Assembly (NCBI GenBank): GCA_947258845.1
Contig: CAMYJZ010000003.1
Coordinates: 1-58,014 of the forward strand
Source: an uncultured Ectothiorhodospiraceae bacterium
GTDB lineage: Bacteria > Pseudomonadota > Gammaproteobacteria > UBA9214
Direction of reading: 5' to 3'
DNA length: 58,014 bases
The translations under genes and the position numbers were made by a program. Shown piece by piece: positions 48,656 to 58,014 of this stretch (within the stretch, counting starts at the first letter, position 1; each line of letters opens with the position of its first letter). Under the pieces are notes generated by a model. That model was given only the letters and a program-made list of their open reading frames with translations, made no database searches and was not told the origin of the DNA.

Positions 48656-50369
48656 GCAGATCGTGCGGCGCGAGTCCGGCGGTGCAGCGGTCGACTGGCC
48701 GGAAACCGTGCCGCCCCTGCTGCGGCGCGTGTATGCAGCGCGTGCTGTCGAATCCGCCAATGAGCTGGATTATGCACTGGCGAACCTCGAACAACCGGGG
48801 CTGCTCGGGGGGCTCGATGCGGCCATTGACCTGCTGGAGGAGGCCCTGCGCAAGCAACAGCGCATTGTCGTGATCGGTGACTTCGACGCCGACGGGGCGA
48901 CCAGCACGGCGCTGTGTTTGCGCGCCTTGCGCGCCATGGGGGCCCGGGATCTGCACTACCTGGTGCCGAATCGCTTCGAATTCGGCTACGGCCTGACCCC
49001 CGAGATCGTGGCCGTGGCTGCCGGGCTGCACCCGGACCTGATCGTGACCGTGGACAACGGCATCTCCAGTATCGCCGGTGTCGAGGCCGCCAGGCAACAG
49101 GGGATCCGCGTACTGATCACCGATCACCACCTGCCGGGGAGCGTGCTGCCACCGGCGGATGCCATCGTCAATCCGAACAGTCCGGGCGATGAATTCCCCA
49201 GCAAGAACCTGGCCGGTGTCGGTGTCGCCTTCTACGTCATGCTGGCGCTGCGGACCCGTCTGCGCCAGCGTGGCTGGTTCGGGCAGCAGGGAATCCAGGA
49301 ACCCAATCTCGGCCGCCTGCTGGACCTGGTGGCGCTGGGGACCGTGGCGGATGTGGTGCCGCTGGATCGCAACAACCGCATCCTGGTGCAACACGGTATC
49401 CAGCGTATCCGCTCCGGGCAGTGTGTCCCGGGTATCCGCGCCCTGCTGGCGGTGGGCCGGCGCGATGCCGCGCGCACCGTTTCCACCGACCTCGCGTTTG
49501 CCGTCGGCCCGCGCCTCAATGCCGCCGGGCGCCTGGAGGACATGTCGCTGGGGATCGAATGCCTGCTGACCGACAGCGAGGCAGGCGCCCGTGAAATGGC
49601 GACCCGGCTGGATGCCCTCAACCGCGACCGCAAGGAAATCGAGTCCGACATGCAAACCCGTGCCCTGCAGTCTATCCAGGAACTGCACCTGGATGTGCAG
49701 GGGCTGCCGACCGGTCTGTGCCTGTTCGATCCCGGCTGGCACCAGGGCGTGATCGGGATCCTGGCGGCACGCATCAAGGAGCAGTTCCATCGACCGGTGA
49801 TCGCGTTTGCGCGGGTCGGTGACGGTGAATTGAAGGGCTCGGCACGCTCGATTCCGGGATTTCATGTCCGCGATGCCCTCGATGCCGTGGCCGCGCATCA
49901 CCCGGAACTCATCACCCGCTTCGGCGGCCATGCCATGGCGGCCGGGCTGACGCTGGACGAGGCGCACTACCCGGCCTTTGCCGCGGCCTTCGATACCGAG
50001 GCATCACGCCTGCTGTCCGGGGCAGACCTGAACCACACCATCCACAGCGATGGTGAACTGCAGTCGGAGGAATTCTCCCTGGAGACCGCGCAAGTCCTGC
50101 GCGAGGCCGGACCCTGGGGGCAGGGTTTTCCTGCACCGGTGTTTGACGGTCGCTTCAGGCTGATCAGTCAGCGGGTAGTGGGTGAGCGTCACCTGAAACT
50201 GGTGCTGGCACCGCTCGACGGGGGAGGGCAGATCGACGCCATCGCCTTCAACACCGGCGCCCTGCCGGGATCATGCCGGGAGGTTATGGCGGCTTATCAA
50301 CTCGATGTCAATGAATACCGCGGCATGTTGAGTGCCCAGCTGGTGGTGGAGTACATCGAGGCCGTTTGA
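48648..50369 (+). CDS. recJ: ssDNA exonuclease RecJ
   Basis: GDFDADG, TVDNG, TDHH, GGHAMAAG. Confidence 0.97.
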   Translation: MARQIVRRESGGAAVDWPETVPPLLRRVYAARAVESANELDYALANLEQPGLLGGLDAAIDLLEEALRKQQRIVVIGDFDADGATSTALCLRALRAMGARDLHYLVPNRFEFGYGLTPEIVAVAAGLHPDLIVTVDNGISSIAGVEAARQQGIRVLITDHHLPGSVLPPADAIVNPNSPGDEFPSKNLAGVGVAFYVMLALRTRLRQRGWFGQQGIQEPNLGRLLDLVALGTVADVVPLDRNNRILVQHGIQRIRSGQCVPGIRALLAVGRRDAARTVSTDLAFAVGPRLNAAGRLEDMSLGIECLLTDSEAGAREMATRLDALNRDRKEIESDMQTRALQSIQELHLDVQGLPTGLCLFDPGWHQGVIGILAARIKEQFHRPVIAFARVGDGELKGSARSIPGFHVRDALDAVAAHHPELITRFGGHAMAAGLTLDEAHYPAFAAAFDTEASRLLSGADLNHTIHSDGELQSEEFSLETAQVLREAGPWGQGFPAPVFDGRFRLISQRVVGERHLKLVLAPLDGGGQIDAIAFNTGALPGSCREVMAAYQLDVNEYRGMLSAQLVVEYIEAV

Positions 50370-50481
50370 AGGGGATATTCGCGTTCACGCCAGGGGTCGG
50401 CGGGTTGGCCGCAGTAGTTTCCGAGGGCCATCAGGGGTATGATGTCGCGCTGCAAATTCTTCTGCCTTACAGTGAGTTAAC

Positions 50482-51580
50482 ATGCCAGATCTGAATCCCA
50501 TACGGACATTGATCAAAGACCTCGACGGGCGTGCCGCTGCCCTCAGGGGGTATCTTTGACCTCGATACCAAGAGTGAGCGTCTGACCGAGGTCGTTCGCG
50601 AACTGGAAGATCCCGCCATCTGGGACAACCCGGAACGCGCCCAGGAACTGGGGCGTGAGCGGGCGCGCCTGGAAGAGGTCGTGCTGACGCTGGGCACCAT
50701 GGCGCAGTCCCTGCAGGACGCCGCGGAGCTGCTGGAGATCGCGGCTGAGGAGGATGATGTGGCCAGCGTGGAGGAGATCGCGGCCGATGTCGCCAGACTG
50801 GAGGCTGAGATTGCACAGCTGGAGTTCCGCCGCATGTTCTCCGGGGAGATGGATGAGGCCAATGCCTTCCTCGATATCCAGTCCGGTTCCGGTGGCACCG
50901 AGGCCCAGGACTGGGCCGAGATGCTGCTGCGCATGTTCCTGCGCTGGGGCGAGCGCCACGGCTTCAAGGCCGAGCTGATCGAGGTGTCTGCGGGTGAAGT
51001 GGCCGGTATCAAGAGCGCCACGGTCAGGTTCGAGGGTGACTATGCCTTCGGCTGGCTGCGCACCGAGACCGGTGTCCACCGGCTGGTGAGGAAATCGCCG
51101 TTCGATTCCGGCAACCGCCGTCACACCTCGTTTGCCGCGGTGTTCGTATCGCCGGAGATCGCGGATGATTTCGAAATCGACATCAATCCGGCAGATCTGC
51201 GCATCGACGTCTACCGCGCCAGTGGTGCGGGCGGCCAGCACGTCAACCGCACGGAGTCGGCGGTGCGCATCACCCATGCCCCCAGCGGTATCGTGGTGCA
51301 GTGCCAGAACGACCGTTCCCAGCACAAGAACAAGGCCACCGCGATGAAGCAGCTCAAGTCCAAGCTCTATGAGCTGGAGATGCAGAAGCGCAGCGTGGAC
51401 CAGCAGGCCCTGGAGGAGACCAAGTCGGACATCGGCTGGGGCAGCCAGATCCGCTCCTACGTGCTGGACCAGTCACGTATCAAGGACCTGCGTACGGGTG
51501 TCGAGGTGGGCAATACCCAGGCGGTGCTTGACGGTGACCTCGACCAGTTCATCGAGGCCAGCCTGAAGAGCGGCCTGTAG
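50482..51580 (+). CDS. prfB: peptide chain release factor 2 (programmed +1 frameshift)
   Basis: ATG 50482, 25 codons to CTT-TGA-C (50554-50560), then continues in +1 frame; SPF and GGQ motifs. Confidence 0.97.
50545..50560 (+). promoter_or_regulatory. prfB frameshift signal
   Basis: AGGGGG TAT CTT TGA C: internal SD plus slippery stop. Confidence 0.95.
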
Positions 51581-51601
51581 CATGCAGTTGATCCGTGAAG
51601 A

Positions 51602-51782
51602 TCAACCGCAAAGACGCAAGGCGCGCAAAGAAATCATTAACAATAAACTCACCGCCGAGTCGCAGAGGGCGCTGAGAATAAAGACAATATATATCAGTAC
51701 TCTATTGTTTTCCTCTGCGTCCTCCGTGTCTCTGCGGTAATATTTTTTGTTTGCTTTGCGTACCTTGCGCCTTTGCGGTGAA
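51602..51782. repeat. CGCARAG-triplet inverted-repeat element, copy 3 (two nested pairs)
   Basis: Outer arms 51602-51630 and 51754-51782; inner arms 51648-51676 and 51713-51741. Confidence 0.9.
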
Positions 51783-51818
51783 CGCATATATATGTAGAGT
51801 CGGGAAAACAGACAGACC

Positions 51819-53306
51819 ATGACAGACCAGGACGAACATGCCCTTATAGCCCAGCGACGCGCCAAGCTGAATGCCCTGCGCGAGGCCGGCAATGCCTTCC
51901 CCAATGATTTTCGCCGTGATGCCATTGCCGGTGAGCTGCATGCCGAATACGATGACAGGGACAACGAGGCCCTGGAGGCCAGCCCGATCCGCGTCAAGGT
52001 GGCCGGGCGACTCATGGCCAAGCGTGTGATGGGCAAGGCCAGCTTTGCCCAGCTACAGGACATGTCCGGGCGTATCCAGCTGTTCCTGCAGCGCGATTCC
52101 CTGGCGGAAGGCGTCTACAAGGATTTCAAGACCTGGGACATCGGTGATATCGTCGGTGCCGAAGGGGTGCTGTTCAAGACCAGGACCGGCGAGTTGTCGG
52201 TGCGCACCGAGACGGTCCGGTTGCTGACCAAGTCGCTACGGCCCCTGCCGGAGAAGTTTCACGGCCTGGCTGACCAGGAGACCCGCTACCGGCAGCGCTA
52301 CGTGGACCTCATCATGAACGAGGTCTCGCGCAACACCTTCCGGATGCGCAGTCGCATCGTGCAGTACATTCGTCGCTACCTGAATGAACGTGACTACCTC
52401 GAGGTGGAGACCCCGATGATGCAGGCCATTCCGGGTGGTGCCACGGCGCGGCCGTTTTCCACCTACCACCACGCCCTGGACATGGACCTGTTCCTGCGCA
52501 TCGCCCCGGAGCTGTACCTCAAGCGCCTGGTGGTCGGCGGCTATGAACGGGTCTACGAGATCAACCGCAATTTCCGTAACGAGGGCCTGTCGACGCGCCA
52601 CAACCCCGAGTTCACCATGCTGGAGTTCTACCAGGCCTATGCCGATTACAATGACCTGATGGACCTCACCGAGGACCTGCTGGTCAGCATGGCAGCGGAC
52701 CTGCTGGGCACCACCACGATCGAGTGCCAGGGGGAGCAGTACGATTTCGGCCGGCCGTTCCGGCGCATGACCGTGCGTGATTCCATCCTGCATTTCAATC
52801 CGGACATCGCGGCAGCCGACATCGACGACCTCGACAGGGCGCACGGGCTTGCCGGACGGCTCGGCATTCCGCTGAAGGACAGCTTCGGCCTGGGCAAGGT
52901 GCAGATCGAGATCTTCGAGAAGACCGTGGAAGGCCGGCTGACCGACCCCACCTTTATTACCGCCTATCCGACCGAGGTGTCGCCGCTGGCACGACGCAGT
53001 GACGCGGACCCGTTTGTCACCGACCGCTTCGAGTTTTTCGTCGGCGGGCGCGAGATCGCCAACGGGTTTTCCGAGCTCAACGATGCCGAGGACCAGGCAG
53101 AGCGCTTCCGGATGCAGGTGGCGGAGAAGGAGGCCGGCGACATGGAGGCCATGCACTTCGACGCCGACTATATCCGCGCCCTGGAGCACGGGATGCCGCC
53201 GACGGCGGGCGAGGGCATCGGCATCGACCGGCTGGTAATGCTGTTTACCGATTCGCCCTCGATCCGGGATGTGCTGCTGTTTCCGCACCTGCGCCCGGAG
53301 GCGTAG
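51819..53306 (+). CDS. lysS: lysine--tRNA ligase
   Basis: [31 protein letters not shown]. Confidence 0.98.
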   Translation: MTDQDEHALIAQRRAKLNALREAGNAFPNDFRRDAIAGELHAEYDDRDNEALEASPIRVKVAGRLMAKRVMGKASFAQLQDMSGRIQLFLQRDSLAEGVYKDFKTWDIGDIVGAEGVLFKTRTGELSVRTETVRLLTKSLRPLPEKFHGLADQETRYRQRYVDLIMNEVSRNTFRMRSRIVQYIRRYLNERDYLEVETPMMQAIPGGATARPFSTYHHALDMDLFLRIAPELYLKRLVVGGYERVYEINRNFRNEGLSTRHNPEFTMLEFYQAYADYNDLMDLTEDLLVSMAADLLGTTTIECQGEQYDFGRPFRRMTVRDSILHFNPDIAAADIDDLDRAHGLAGRLGIPLKDSFGLGKVQIEIFEKTVEGRLTDPTFITAYPTEVSPLARRSDADPFVTDRFEFFVGGREIANGFSELNDAEDQAERFRMQVAEKEAGDMEAMHFDADYIRALEHGMPPTAGEGIGIDRLVMLFTDSPSIRDVLLFPHLRPEA

Positions 53307-53386
53307 GTTCCGGTATCCGCTATTCCTTGCGACGATGCCGGTTGAAAAAAACCGGCAGAGGCGCCTGTAAATCGGCCTTTGCGGCC

Positions 53387-54949
53387 TCAGGTGCCCTGTG
53401 CGCCGCCGACGAAGAGCTGGAGGCGCTGACCGGGTTGCAGGTATTTTCCTTTCGGGAGGGTGTTCCAGGCCCTGAGCTCGCCGATGCTGACCCTGAATCT
53501 TCTCGATATCAGGAACAGCGAGTCGCCCTTGCGCACGGTGTAGCTGAACGGGCGGGGCACCGCGTCATCCTGGTGGATGACGAGTACCTGCCCGGGCCTG
53601 AGATAGGCATCGGGGTCCAGGTCATTCCACAGGGCCAGATTGCGCACGCTGACCCCATTGCGCCGCGCAATCGTCCAGAGTGAGTCTCCCTTGCGGACAC
53701 GATGGCGGGTCTCATCCGCAATCCTGTCGCTTTCCAAAGCCGTGTCCGGCGCTGGACGGCTGACCGGTTTCCGTGCCGCCACCGGTACCAGCAGGTGGCG
53801 GCCGGCGCGGATGGTGTTGCTGTGCAGGCTGTTGCTGGCGCGCAGGACCGGGACCGTGGTGTCGTAACGGCGGGCGATATGGCCGAGTGTGTCACCAGGC
53901 TGGATCTTGTGACGCACCCATTTCATGCGCTCCGAGGCCGGTAGCGTCGCCAGGTTCTGCTCGAAGACGGCTATCTTCTCCTGCGGGAGGGCCAGTTGGT
54001 GGGGTCCTTCCGGGTGGGTGGCCCAGCGTTGAAACCCGGGATTCAGCTGCTGCAGCTCCCCAATCTCCATGCCCGCGAGTTCGGCGGCGACCTCGAGATT
54101 GATCTGGCCCGGTAGTTCGATGAGCGTGAAGCGGGGTTCCTGGTCGAGCGGGATCAGCTGCACCCCGTAGTCCTCCGGCGCCGCGACAATGCTGCTGATG
54201 GCCAGTAGCCTGGGTATGTAGGACGTGGTCTCGCGCGGGAGTTTGAGGGACCAGAAATCGACAGGTTTGCCGGCCTGGTGGTTTTTCCTGATGGCCTTGC
54301 GGACTGTCTTGCCACCGGCGTTGTAAGCGGCCAGTGCCAGTAACCAGTCACCTCTGAACTCCTGGTGCAGTTGGTCCAGGTGGTCCAGTGCGGCCCGGGT
54401 GGAGGCCACCACGTCACGGCGGCCGTCATACCACCAGTCCTGTTTCAGGCCGTAGTGCCTTCCCGTGCGCGGAATGAATTGCCAGAGCCCGGCCGCCTGT
54501 TCCGAGGAACGGGCCTTTGGATTGAAGCTGCTCTCGACAAACGGCAGCAGGGCGATTTCGGTGGGGAAGCCGCGCTTGTCCACTTCATAGTAGATGTAGG
54601 CCAGGTAGGGCTCGCCACGCTCGAATGAGCGCTCGATGTCGCGGGTGTTAGCAGCATAACGGCGGATATGGCGTTCCACCGACGCCCTGTCCTTGTCGGG
54701 CAGTCTGAAACCGCTGCGGATCCGGTCCCAGGTATCGATCGGGGCTGCCACTACAGGCTGCCGGGCCGGTTCATCCTGTGGCAATTCCGGAGAGTCGACC
54801 GATGGGGCACCCCCGGCCGACTGATCTGCCCCGCTGCTGACATCGGGCGGCGCCGGGATCTCCGGACGGGACCTGGCGCTGTCCAGTGATGCGCAACCCG
54901 TCATCAGCAGGATGATGAGGCACGGCCAAATAGAATGGCGAATACTCAT
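53387..54949 (-). CDS. mltD: membrane-bound lytic murein transglycosylase D (SLT + 3 LysM)
   Basis: Lipobox LMTGC, LPFVESSF, AGLWQF, AAYNAG, three LysM repeats. Confidence 0.93.
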   Translation of the reverse strand: MSIRHSIWPCLIILLMTGCASLDSARSRPEIPAPPDVSSGADQSAGGAPSVDSPELPQDEPARQPVVAAPIDTWDRIRSGFRLPDKDRASVERHIRRYAANTRDIERSFERGEPYLAYIYYEVDKRGFPTEIALLPFVESSFNPKARSSEQAAGLWQFIPRTGRHYGLKQDWWYDGRRDVVASTRAALDHLDQLHQEFRGDWLLALAAYNAGGKTVRKAIRKNHQAGKPVDFWSLKLPRETTSYIPRLLAISSIVAAPEDYGVQLIPLDQEPRFTLIELPGQINLEVAAELAGMEIGELQQLNPGFQRWATHPEGPHQLALPQEKIAVFEQNLATLPASERMKWVRHKIQPGDTLGHIARRYDTTVPVLRASNSLHSNTIRAGRHLLVPVAARKPVSRPAPDTALESDRIADETRHRVRKGDSLWTIARRNGVSVRNLALWNDLDPDAYLRPGQVLVIHQDDAVPRPFSYTVRKGDSLFLISRRFRVSIGELRAWNTLPKGKYLQPGQRLQLFVGGAQGT

Positions 54950-55138
54950 TGATCAAGTATGAACATTCGGGTCGATCCTTGTAAGTGCAAGACTGTGAAG
55001 CAGTTCACTGTCAGGGCAGAACGGAATCCATTCAGCCCAGCGGTATGCTGACAGGCCCTCCGGTCAAGGTCAATATCCGCGAGGACGGCCGCTATCAGGG
55101 CGGCATCCGGCCGTCGGATGGGGTATGATTTTGCGGTA

Positions 55139-55903
55139 ATGAATACGGCTTCGTCAGTATCCCAGCGCGCCTTGTCCCTGCGCCGGTGGTATCGGCGCCC
55201 CCTGGGGCGTCTGCTGGTCGACGTCGAGTTATCCGCTCTGGCGGATCAGCTCCCCAATATCTTCGGCTACCATCTGTTGGTGGTCGACCCCCCCTGGGAT
55301 GACTGTACCCTGAGCGCCAGCCGGATCCCGCACCACGTGGTGCAACGCACCCAATCTGATCCGCTGACAGACGCGGGATTGATCGGGGACAGCGAGTCAT
55401 GGCCGGTGATGACCGATACCGTGGATGCCATTATCCTGCCTCATACCCTCGAGATGACCCCGGACCCGCATCAGGTCCTGCGCGAGGCCGACCGCAGTCT
55501 GATCCCCGATGGTCACCTGGTGATACTGGGTTTCAATCCGCGCAGTTTCTGGGGGGTGCGACGGGTTCTGTCACGCCGCTCGCGGGGAATGCCCTGGGCA
55601 GCCAGGTTCCACAGTATGCACCGTATCAAGGACTGGCTCAGCCTGCTGGGATTCGACACCCTGGAGAGTCGTTTCCTGTTCCATCGACTGCCCGTGCAGA
55701 ACACACGCCTGCTGGAGAAGCTCCAGTTTCTCGAGCCCCGCACAGCGCACGGCAGGATGCTGCTGGCCGGATCCTACATCCTGGTCGCCAGGAAACGCAC
55801 CGTGATCATGACGGCAATCAAGGCCGGGCACGCCGCCTCGCGGCAGCTGTTCCCGGTAGGCATCCCGAGTTCCAGCCAGAGGAATCTGCGGCGTGCCGGC
55901 TGA
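55139..55903 (+). CDS. SAM-dependent methyltransferase (YafS-like)
   Basis: [34 protein letters not shown]; upstream of rnhA. Alternative start at 55118. Confidence 0.88.
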   Translation: MNTASSVSQRALSLRRWYRRPLGRLLVDVELSALADQLPNIFGYHLLVVDPPWDDCTLSASRIPHHVVQRTQSDPLTDAGLIGDSESWPVMTDTVDAIILPHTLEMTPDPHQVLREADRSLIPDGHLVILGFNPRSFWGVRRVLSRRSRGMPWAARFHSMHRIKDWLSLLGFDTLESRFLFHRLPVQNTRLLEKLQFLEPRTAHGRMLLAGSYILVARKRTVIMTAIKAGHAASRQLFPVGIPSSSQRNLRRAG

Positions 55904-56348
55904 AACGGAGATCTACACCGATGGTGCCTGCCGCGGCAATCCGGGTCCGGGTGGCTGGGGTGCGGTGCTGCGTTACCAGGGCCATGAGAAGACCCTCTAT
56001 GGGGCCGAGGCGATGACCACCAACAACCGCATGGAGCTCATGGCCGCGATCCGGGCGCTGGAAAGCCTGAAGCGTCAGTGCCGGGTGCGGCTGACGACGG
56101 ATTCGCAGTACGTGCAGAAAGGGATTACCGAATGGCTGCCCAACTGGAAGAAACGCGGCTGGAAGACCGCCGCCAGGAAACCGGTGAAAAACGCCGATCT
56201 GTGGCAGCGCCTGGATGCGGCCATCACGGGGCATGAGATCATGTGGGAGTGGGTGCGGGGCCACAGCGGGCACCCGGAAAACGAACAGGCGGATGCACTG
56301 GCCAACCAGGCCATCGACGAACTAATGATGATGACCGAAAGTGAATGA
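55893..56348 (+). CDS. rnhA: ribonuclease HI
   Basis: [33 protein letters not shown]. Confidence 0.98.
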   Translation: MPAETEIYTDGACRGNPGPGGWGAVLRYQGHEKTLYGAEAMTTNNRMELMAAIRALESLKRQCRVRLTTDSQYVQKGITEWLPNWKKRGWKTAARKPVKNADLWQRLDAAITGHEIMWEWVRGHSGHPENEQADALANQAIDELMMMTESE

Positions 56349-56529
56349 TTTACCGCAAAGACGCAAAGAAGTAAAAGAAGTAAATAATTATCACCGCAGA
56401 GACGCCGAGGACGCGGAGAACAACATTCTTAGAAATAAACCATACCCTGATATGTCGATTGCATAGGCATGAATTTGTTTTATTCTTTGGCATTCTTTCG
56501 CTCGGCGTTCTCTGCGCCTCTGCGGTGAA
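56349..56529. repeat. CGCAGAG-triplet inverted-repeat element, copy 4 (plus orphan CGCAAAG-type arm)
   Basis: Orphan arm 56349-56368; paired arms 56390-56418 and 56501-56529 around an 82-bp AT-rich spacer. Confidence 0.9.
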
Positions 56530-56555
56530 TCTTTTGGGTTAAATCTGGAACTACT

Positions 56556-57269
56556 ATGCGACAGATCGTGCTGGATACGGAAACCACCGGGCTGGAGCCC
56601 TCCGACGGGCACCGGATTATCGAAATCGGCTGTGTCGAGCTGGTGAACCGGCGCATTACCGGCAACACCTATCACCAGTATATCCAGCCGGATCGCGAAA
56701 TCGATGCCGGCGCCATGGAGGTGCATGGCATCACTCACGAGTTCCTGGAAGACAAGCCCCGTTTCTGCGACATTGCAGACGAATTTATCGAGTTTATTCG
56801 CGGGGCCGAGCTGATCATCCACAACGCCCCGTTTGATGTCGGATTCATCAATCATGAATTCACCCTGCTGGGGAACGGCACAGGCAGCGTAGCGGACCAT
56901 TGCAGCATCGTGGATACACTGGCGATGGCGCGCCGTCAGCACCCCGGGCAACGCAATAACCTGGATGCGCTCTGCCGGCGCTACGAAATAGACAACTCAC
57001 AGCGCGAGCTGCACGGTGCCCTGCTCGATGCCGAGATCCTGGCCGATGTCTACCTGACCATGACCGGCGGGCAGGCCAGCCTGTCACTGGACAGTCGCAG
57101 CGACCCGCACGGCGGGCAGGGCCAGGCCATACGGCGCCTCCCGGCGGACCGTACGCCACTGCGGGTCATTGCCGCCAGCGAGAATGAGCAGCGCGCCCAC
57201 CTGGCCCGCCTGGAGGCCATCGAGAAGGCCTGTGCGGGCCCCAGTGTCTGGCGCCAGCTAGACGAGTAG
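56556..57269 (+). CDS. dnaQ: DNA polymerase III epsilon subunit
   Basis: LDTETTG, HNAPFD, HGALLDAEILA. Confidence 0.98.
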   Translation: MRQIVLDTETTGLEPSDGHRIIEIGCVELVNRRITGNTYHQYIQPDREIDAGAMEVHGITHEFLEDKPRFCDIADEFIEFIRGAELIIHNAPFDVGFINHEFTLLGNGTGSVADHCSIVDTLAMARRQHPGQRNNLDALCRRYEIDNSQRELHGALLDAEILADVYLTMTGGQASLSLDSRSDPHGGQGQAIRRLPADRTPLRVIAASENEQRAHLARLEAIEKACAGPSVWRQLDE

Positions 57270-57419
57270 CCAGGCAGCCAGGCAGGCGGCTCAGAACGCA
57301 GCCGGTGATGGGGATCCGGAAGGTATCGGCATTGATTCACAAGTGGGTAAGGATGCTCGCGGCATAACCCGGCAGGATCACCGGTGATCACTTGAGGTGG
57401 TCGAAGAAGGATCAGCGCG

Positions 57420-57835
57420 ACCCCGGCGGCAGAAGACGTCGTAGGCACAGGGGTCGGTCGGCTCGACCATCGCCGCGTCACCCAGGTCGTCCATCTTGTC
57501 GGGATCCAGACGCGGCTTGCGCTGGCTCTTCTTCATGCAATAGCCGAAGAACTTCAGGTAGGCCGGGCCCGTCATCATGCCCGGGAAGGGGGACAGGTGC
57601 AGGAAGTTGTGGAAGCTGACCAGGCCCTCCTGCCGGACCATGAGGGTGGTAATGTCGCCGCAGGGCGAGAAGGCGCGGCCGGCGTTGGCGGCGACCACCA
57701 CATTGATTCAGCCCAAGCCGATAAAGCGCTTGTCATCCTTGCCGACCGCGAGGATGACCGCACACATGACCAGTGCCGTGCTGAGATTGTCCAGGATCGG
57801 TGACAGGAAAAAAGGCCGGCCAGATCAGCGCGGCG
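57420..57835 (-). pseudogene. nhaD: NhaD Na+/H+ antiporter remnant
   Basis: Hand translation FLSPILDNLSTALVMCAV...FIGLG*INVVVAANAGRAFSPCGDITTLMV...SFHNFLHL..GMMTG..YLKFFGY. In-frame TGA at 57710-57708, frameshift in a T run near 57810; no N- or C-terminus. Confidence 0.8.
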
Positions 57836-58014
57836 TGCTTGGAAAAATTCACCGGATACACTATTCTACTCACGATCCATTGTGATGAACCAGTATTGCG
57901 CTGGTATCGAAAAACAACGGTAAACCCGGACACCTGCCAAGTGAAACATATAATCAGTCTTGCCGCTTTTCTGTATATCCTGTGGTTCGGGCTTTCGGGG
58001 CATAGCGAGCCGCT

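Noticed and set aside
51602-51782. Repeat-spacer pattern as a CRISPR array or integron attC sites
   Set aside because: Arms are inverted, degenerate and dispersed rather than direct tandem repeats. There are no cas or intI genes and no RYYYAAC/GTTRRRY ends.
53337-53386. Hairpins between convergent lysS and mltD, including accggcagaggcgc...gcctttgcgg resembling a shrunken repeat copy
   Set aside because: Too short and degenerate to assign either to the repeat family or to a clear terminator.
57270-57420. tRNA or integration site after dnaQ; palindrome gatcaccggtgatc near 57377
   Set aside because: No cloverleaf or T-loop consensus is visible; an isolated short palindrome is insufficient.

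Overview
High-GC gammaproteobacterial core-genome segment with about 50 mostly housekeeping genes. Left to right: a TPAT transporter fragment (tatP/tatT), dapE-yffB-dapD-dapC, EamA+VOC, glnD-map, rpsB-tsf-pyrH-frr-uppS-cdsA-dxr-rseP-bamA-skp-lpxD-fabZ-lpxA-lpxB-rnhB, an inserted membrane diguanylate cyclase, dnaE-accA-tilS-pyrG-kdsA-eno-ftsB-ispD-ispF-truD, an Smr protein, surE-pcm-yqaA-nlpD-rpoS, Mth938-like, alaC-hom-thrC, RpfE-like-recJ-prfB (+1 frameshift)-lysS, mltD, a yafS-like methyltransferase-rnhA-dnaQ, and a decayed nhaD remnant. I saw no rRNA, tRNA, CRISPR array, transposase or prophage. The main unexplained structure is a family of non-coding intergenic elements at four sites (2550, 47343/47392, 51602, 56349). 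Each has ~29-bp inverted arms (consensus TTCAC-CGCAGAG-R-CGCRRAG-NN-CGCAGAG) around unique AT-rich spacers. The elements nest inside each other, and at one site they enclose an IS5-like TTAA-flanked MITE that itself contains a second palindromic element. Gene calls rest on recognised motifs and synteny; no database search was run.
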